Assembly: GCA_050306215.1 (NCBI GenBank)
Contig: JBNLGU010000002.1
Span: forward strand, 1,438 to 65,437
Direction of reading: 5' to 3'
Origin: Pontiella sp.
GTDB lineage: Bacteria; Verrucomicrobiota; Kiritimatiellia; Kiritimatiellales; Pontiellaceae
Length of the DNA: 64,000 bases
Both the position numbers and the translations under genes were made by a program. Numbering within the stretch: the stretch's first letter is position 1; every line of letters starts with the position of its first letter. Positions 61,655-64,000 of this stretch are shown here, piece after piece. The notes under the pieces were generated by a model. That model saw nothing but the letters and a program-made list of their open reading frames with translations. It was not told the origin of the DNA and searched no databases.

Positions 61655-63649
61655 CTATTGACCTTCCGCGCTTAGTGCGGGGAGCGTAATGGCGATCATG
61701 GTGCCGCCCTGGCTGGTCTCGATGTCGATCTGTCCATTATGATCGATGACCGCCCGCTTGGCGATGGGGAGCCCCAAACCCAACCCGCGTGCCTTGATGG
61801 TGCTGAATGGTGAGAACACCTTGTCCCGCAAAGACGGGTTGATGCCGCTTCCATTGTCGCTGATTATCACAAAAATGGTGCTGTCTGCGCCGGCTGCTTG
61901 CTTGCCTTTTACGGTGACGTTAATGCGCGATCCGGGCTTGTTGTCGAGATTCTCCGCAGCGTTTTTCAGCAAGTGGTAGATGCATTCCTCCAGCGAGGCG
62001 GCATCGCCGTTGATCTGCAGGTCCGAGTCGTCGGAAGACAAATGGATCTTAAGGTTTTCATGGTTGAATTCGGACTGGATGCGCGTGACTGCGAACTCGA
62101 TGGGTTTGCGAATGTCGATCGGCTGGAAGATCGGCTTGGGCGGATTGGCAAACGTGTTGATCTTGTCGATGATATGATTGAGACGGTCGACTTCGGTAAC
62201 GACCTGCTCGCTGAATTCCGCGCGGAAATCGGCGTCGTCGTAGCGATCCGGCAATAGTTGCGAGAAGGTTTTTATGGCCACGAGCGGATTTCGGATTTCG
62301 TGACTCATGCTGGAGGCCAGCTCGTTCCAGAAGGTTGCGCGTTCGAGTTGCTCCTCCTTTTCCTGCAGCAACTTGGCGCCGGTCACATCGCGAAGCATCA
62401 TCATGGCGCCAATGCAACTTCCGTTGTCCAACAGGGAACGCGTTTCGGCGGAAAGCGTGCGTTTGGAGCGAACGTCTGTCCATTCGCGGACATCCTGCTT
62501 GTCGCGGCTGGCAATAGCCCTGCGGAACATGTCGGCGATTCGGCTGCCGAGCTCCTCGGCGCGACGTCCAATGACATCGTCGCTCTCAGGGCGCAGGATT
62601 TCCCGGGCGGTACTGTTGAACCATCGCACTATGGCGTTCTCGTCGCAGGCAATGATGCCGAATGGGATGGAGTGCAACAGGGTTTCCGCCAATGCCTTTT
62701 GCAATGCGGTTTCTTCGTATTGCATCGCTTTTTCCAGCGTGGTGGAAATGTGGTCGGCCAACGTGGTCAAATCTTCGAGGTCGGACACATCGAAGGGAAT
62801 GCCGGTTGAGCGCTGGCCAACGAATATCCAGCCTTTGATAAAGCCGGTCGCGTAGAGCGGAATGATAATCTCGGCCCCGAGCGCGTCGAGCATGCGTTTG
62901 AGCATGGCCCGGTCTTCCGGGTCAACGATGTTTTGAAGGATGGTTCTGGAAACCAGATGGGTGTTCATCTCCATCCAATGGATAAAAGGATCGTTTTCCT
63001 GAACGCACAGCTTTTCCGTGGTCGACAGGCATCGGGTGCCGGCTTGGTATACATAGGACCGGTCGGTCTCGGTCCGCATGAAGATACCTGCCCGTGACAC
63101 CCGGGCCGTTGCGACCAATCCATCAACCACGCTGTCGAACAGCATGTCCAGATTGTCTACGTTGCGCTGTGCTTTTGAAAAGTTTTGCAACGGGGCGGAG
63201 AATAAGGTGCGCGGTTCCGGCCTGCTGTCCGCTTGCCGCGCGGTCAAGGTGGTCAATTCCTTGGATAGAACGCTGTTCCTCTGGCGTAGGGTGAAGCACT
63301 CGACAGCTTGCTTCAGTAAGGTGCGAAGCTCGTTGCTTCCGGGTTCCAGGGAGAGCGTAGCAAAGGGATCGAGCTGTGCGGCAGCAAGCATGGGATCGGA
63401 TCGTTCCGCGCCCATTGCTATGATTACGGTAAGGGGGTGTGCTTGCTTGATTGCGGAAAGAACTTCGAGGCCGTTGGGGGCGCGGACATCGGCCAGCAGG
63501 ATGCCATCGCCAAATTGGACAAACCATTGTTCGATATCCTTCTGCGTCTCGATGCGCTGCAGCGCATCGGTACTGGAAGCGATTCTGATGAACCGGTCAG
63601 CCACAAGCTCATCGCGACAGTACAGGATGCATGGGGAGTTCGATATCAC
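61655..63649 (-). CDS. Cytoplasmic histidine kinase (degenerate REC, GAF, PAS, HisKA, HATPase)
   Basis: SHEIRNPL, LLKNA, DNGSGI, FSPF, GLGLGL; GAF-like AEIIIPL...GWIFVG; PAS-like WFNSTAREIL. Confidence 0.9.
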   Translation of the reverse strand: MISNSPCILYCRDELVADRFIRIASSTDALQRIETQKDIEQWFVQFGDGILLADVRAPNGLEVLSAIKQAHPLTVIIAMGAERSDPMLAAAQLDPFATLSLEPGSNELRTLLKQAVECFTLRQRNSVLSKELTTLTARQADSRPEPRTLFSAPLQNFSKAQRNVDNLDMLFDSVVDGLVATARVSRAGIFMRTETDRSYVYQAGTRCLSTTEKLCVQENDPFIHWMEMNTHLVSRTILQNIVDPEDRAMLKRMLDALGAEIIIPLYATGFIKGWIFVGQRSTGIPFDVSDLEDLTTLADHISTTLEKAMQYEETALQKALAETLLHSIPFGIIACDENAIVRWFNSTAREILRPESDDVIGRRAEELGSRIADMFRRAIASRDKQDVREWTDVRSKRTLSAETRSLLDNGSCIGAMMMLRDVTGAKLLQEKEEQLERATFWNELASSMSHEIRNPLVAIKTFSQLLPDRYDDADFRAEFSEQVVTEVDRLNHIIDKINTFANPPKPIFQPIDIRKPIEFAVTRIQSEFNHENLKIHLSSDDSDLQINGDAASLEECIYHLLKNAAENLDNKPGSRINVTVKGKQAAGADSTIFVIISDNGSGINPSLRDKVFSPFSTIKARGLGLGLPIAKRAVIDHNGQIDIETSQGGTMIAITLPALSAEGQ

Positions 63650-64000
63650 GCCACCACCTCGTCCAATACGGGAATATATAGATAGAATGTCGTGCCCGTG
63701 CCGGGTTCGCTTTCAACCTCAACGACGCCATGGTGTTCACTGATGATACCATGGGCGACCGAAAGCCCCATGCCGGTTCCCTCGCTCTTGCTGGTGAAGA
63801 AGGGATCGAATATTTTCTGGATATTCTCGCGCGGTATGCCCTGTCCGGTATCGCTGATTTGAATGCGAATGCACTTCTTGTTAATGGCTTTTTCCGGGCC
63901 TTCGCCATTGGCAAAACGATGATTGCAATTCGTTGTCGCGATTGTGATGGTGCCGTCCTTCTCGATCGCCTCGACCGCATTCAAGGTCAGGTTGATCAAT
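63646..64000 (-). CDS. Histidine kinase C-terminal HATPase domain (5' end beyond window)
   Basis: NLTLNAVEA, DTGQGI, IFDPFFTSK, GTGMGL; 4-nt overlap with the next kinase. Confidence 0.9.
   Translation of the reverse strand, partial: LINLTLNAVEAIEKDGTITIATTNCNHRFANGEGPEKAINKKCIRIQISDTGQGIPRENIQKIFDPFFTSKSEGTGMGLSVAHGIISEHHGVVEVESEPGTGTTFYLYIPVLDEVVA

Overview
A GC-rich (roughly 55-60%) bacterial chromosomal segment, densely coding and mostly housekeeping. Gene style (SHD1-type domain, Y-x-V-Q-x-S-T-N-L-x4-W module, amt-PII order, Bacteroides-like ara genes) suggests a PVC-superphylum organism, probably Kiritimatiellota/Verrucomicrobiota; this is inference. In order it contains: the 5' part of the F1Fo ATP synthase operon (minus strand, led by a hot-dog thioesterase), a MIF-like protein plus an APC permease-PTS EIIA fusion, ilvD, yihY, a ROK regulator with an L-arabinose operon (araB-araD-SSS symporter-mutarotase-araA), two tandem amt-PII units each behind a sigma54 promoter, tRNA-His(GTG), an accessory-looking block (two paralogous TonB-anchor-like proteins and several small hypotheticals), pncB-pncA, stress/detox genes, malic enzyme, a TCA supercluster (sdhCAB-CBS-korA-korB::CBS-sucCD-gltA), a SpoIIE-type phosphatase, tpx, hisB-tauE-rtcB-hisH and histidine kinases. 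I saw no transposase, integrase, CRISPR array or rRNA. Best leads: (1) a 2-oxoglutarate:ferredoxin oxidoreductase with a CBS pair fused to its beta subunit and a partner stand-alone CBS gene; (2) TonB-like SxxxH-anchored proteins whose TonB C-domain is replaced by another domain; (3) heptamer-periodic or palindromic elements at intra-operon gene junctions. All calls come from reading translations and motifs by eye; no searches were run.
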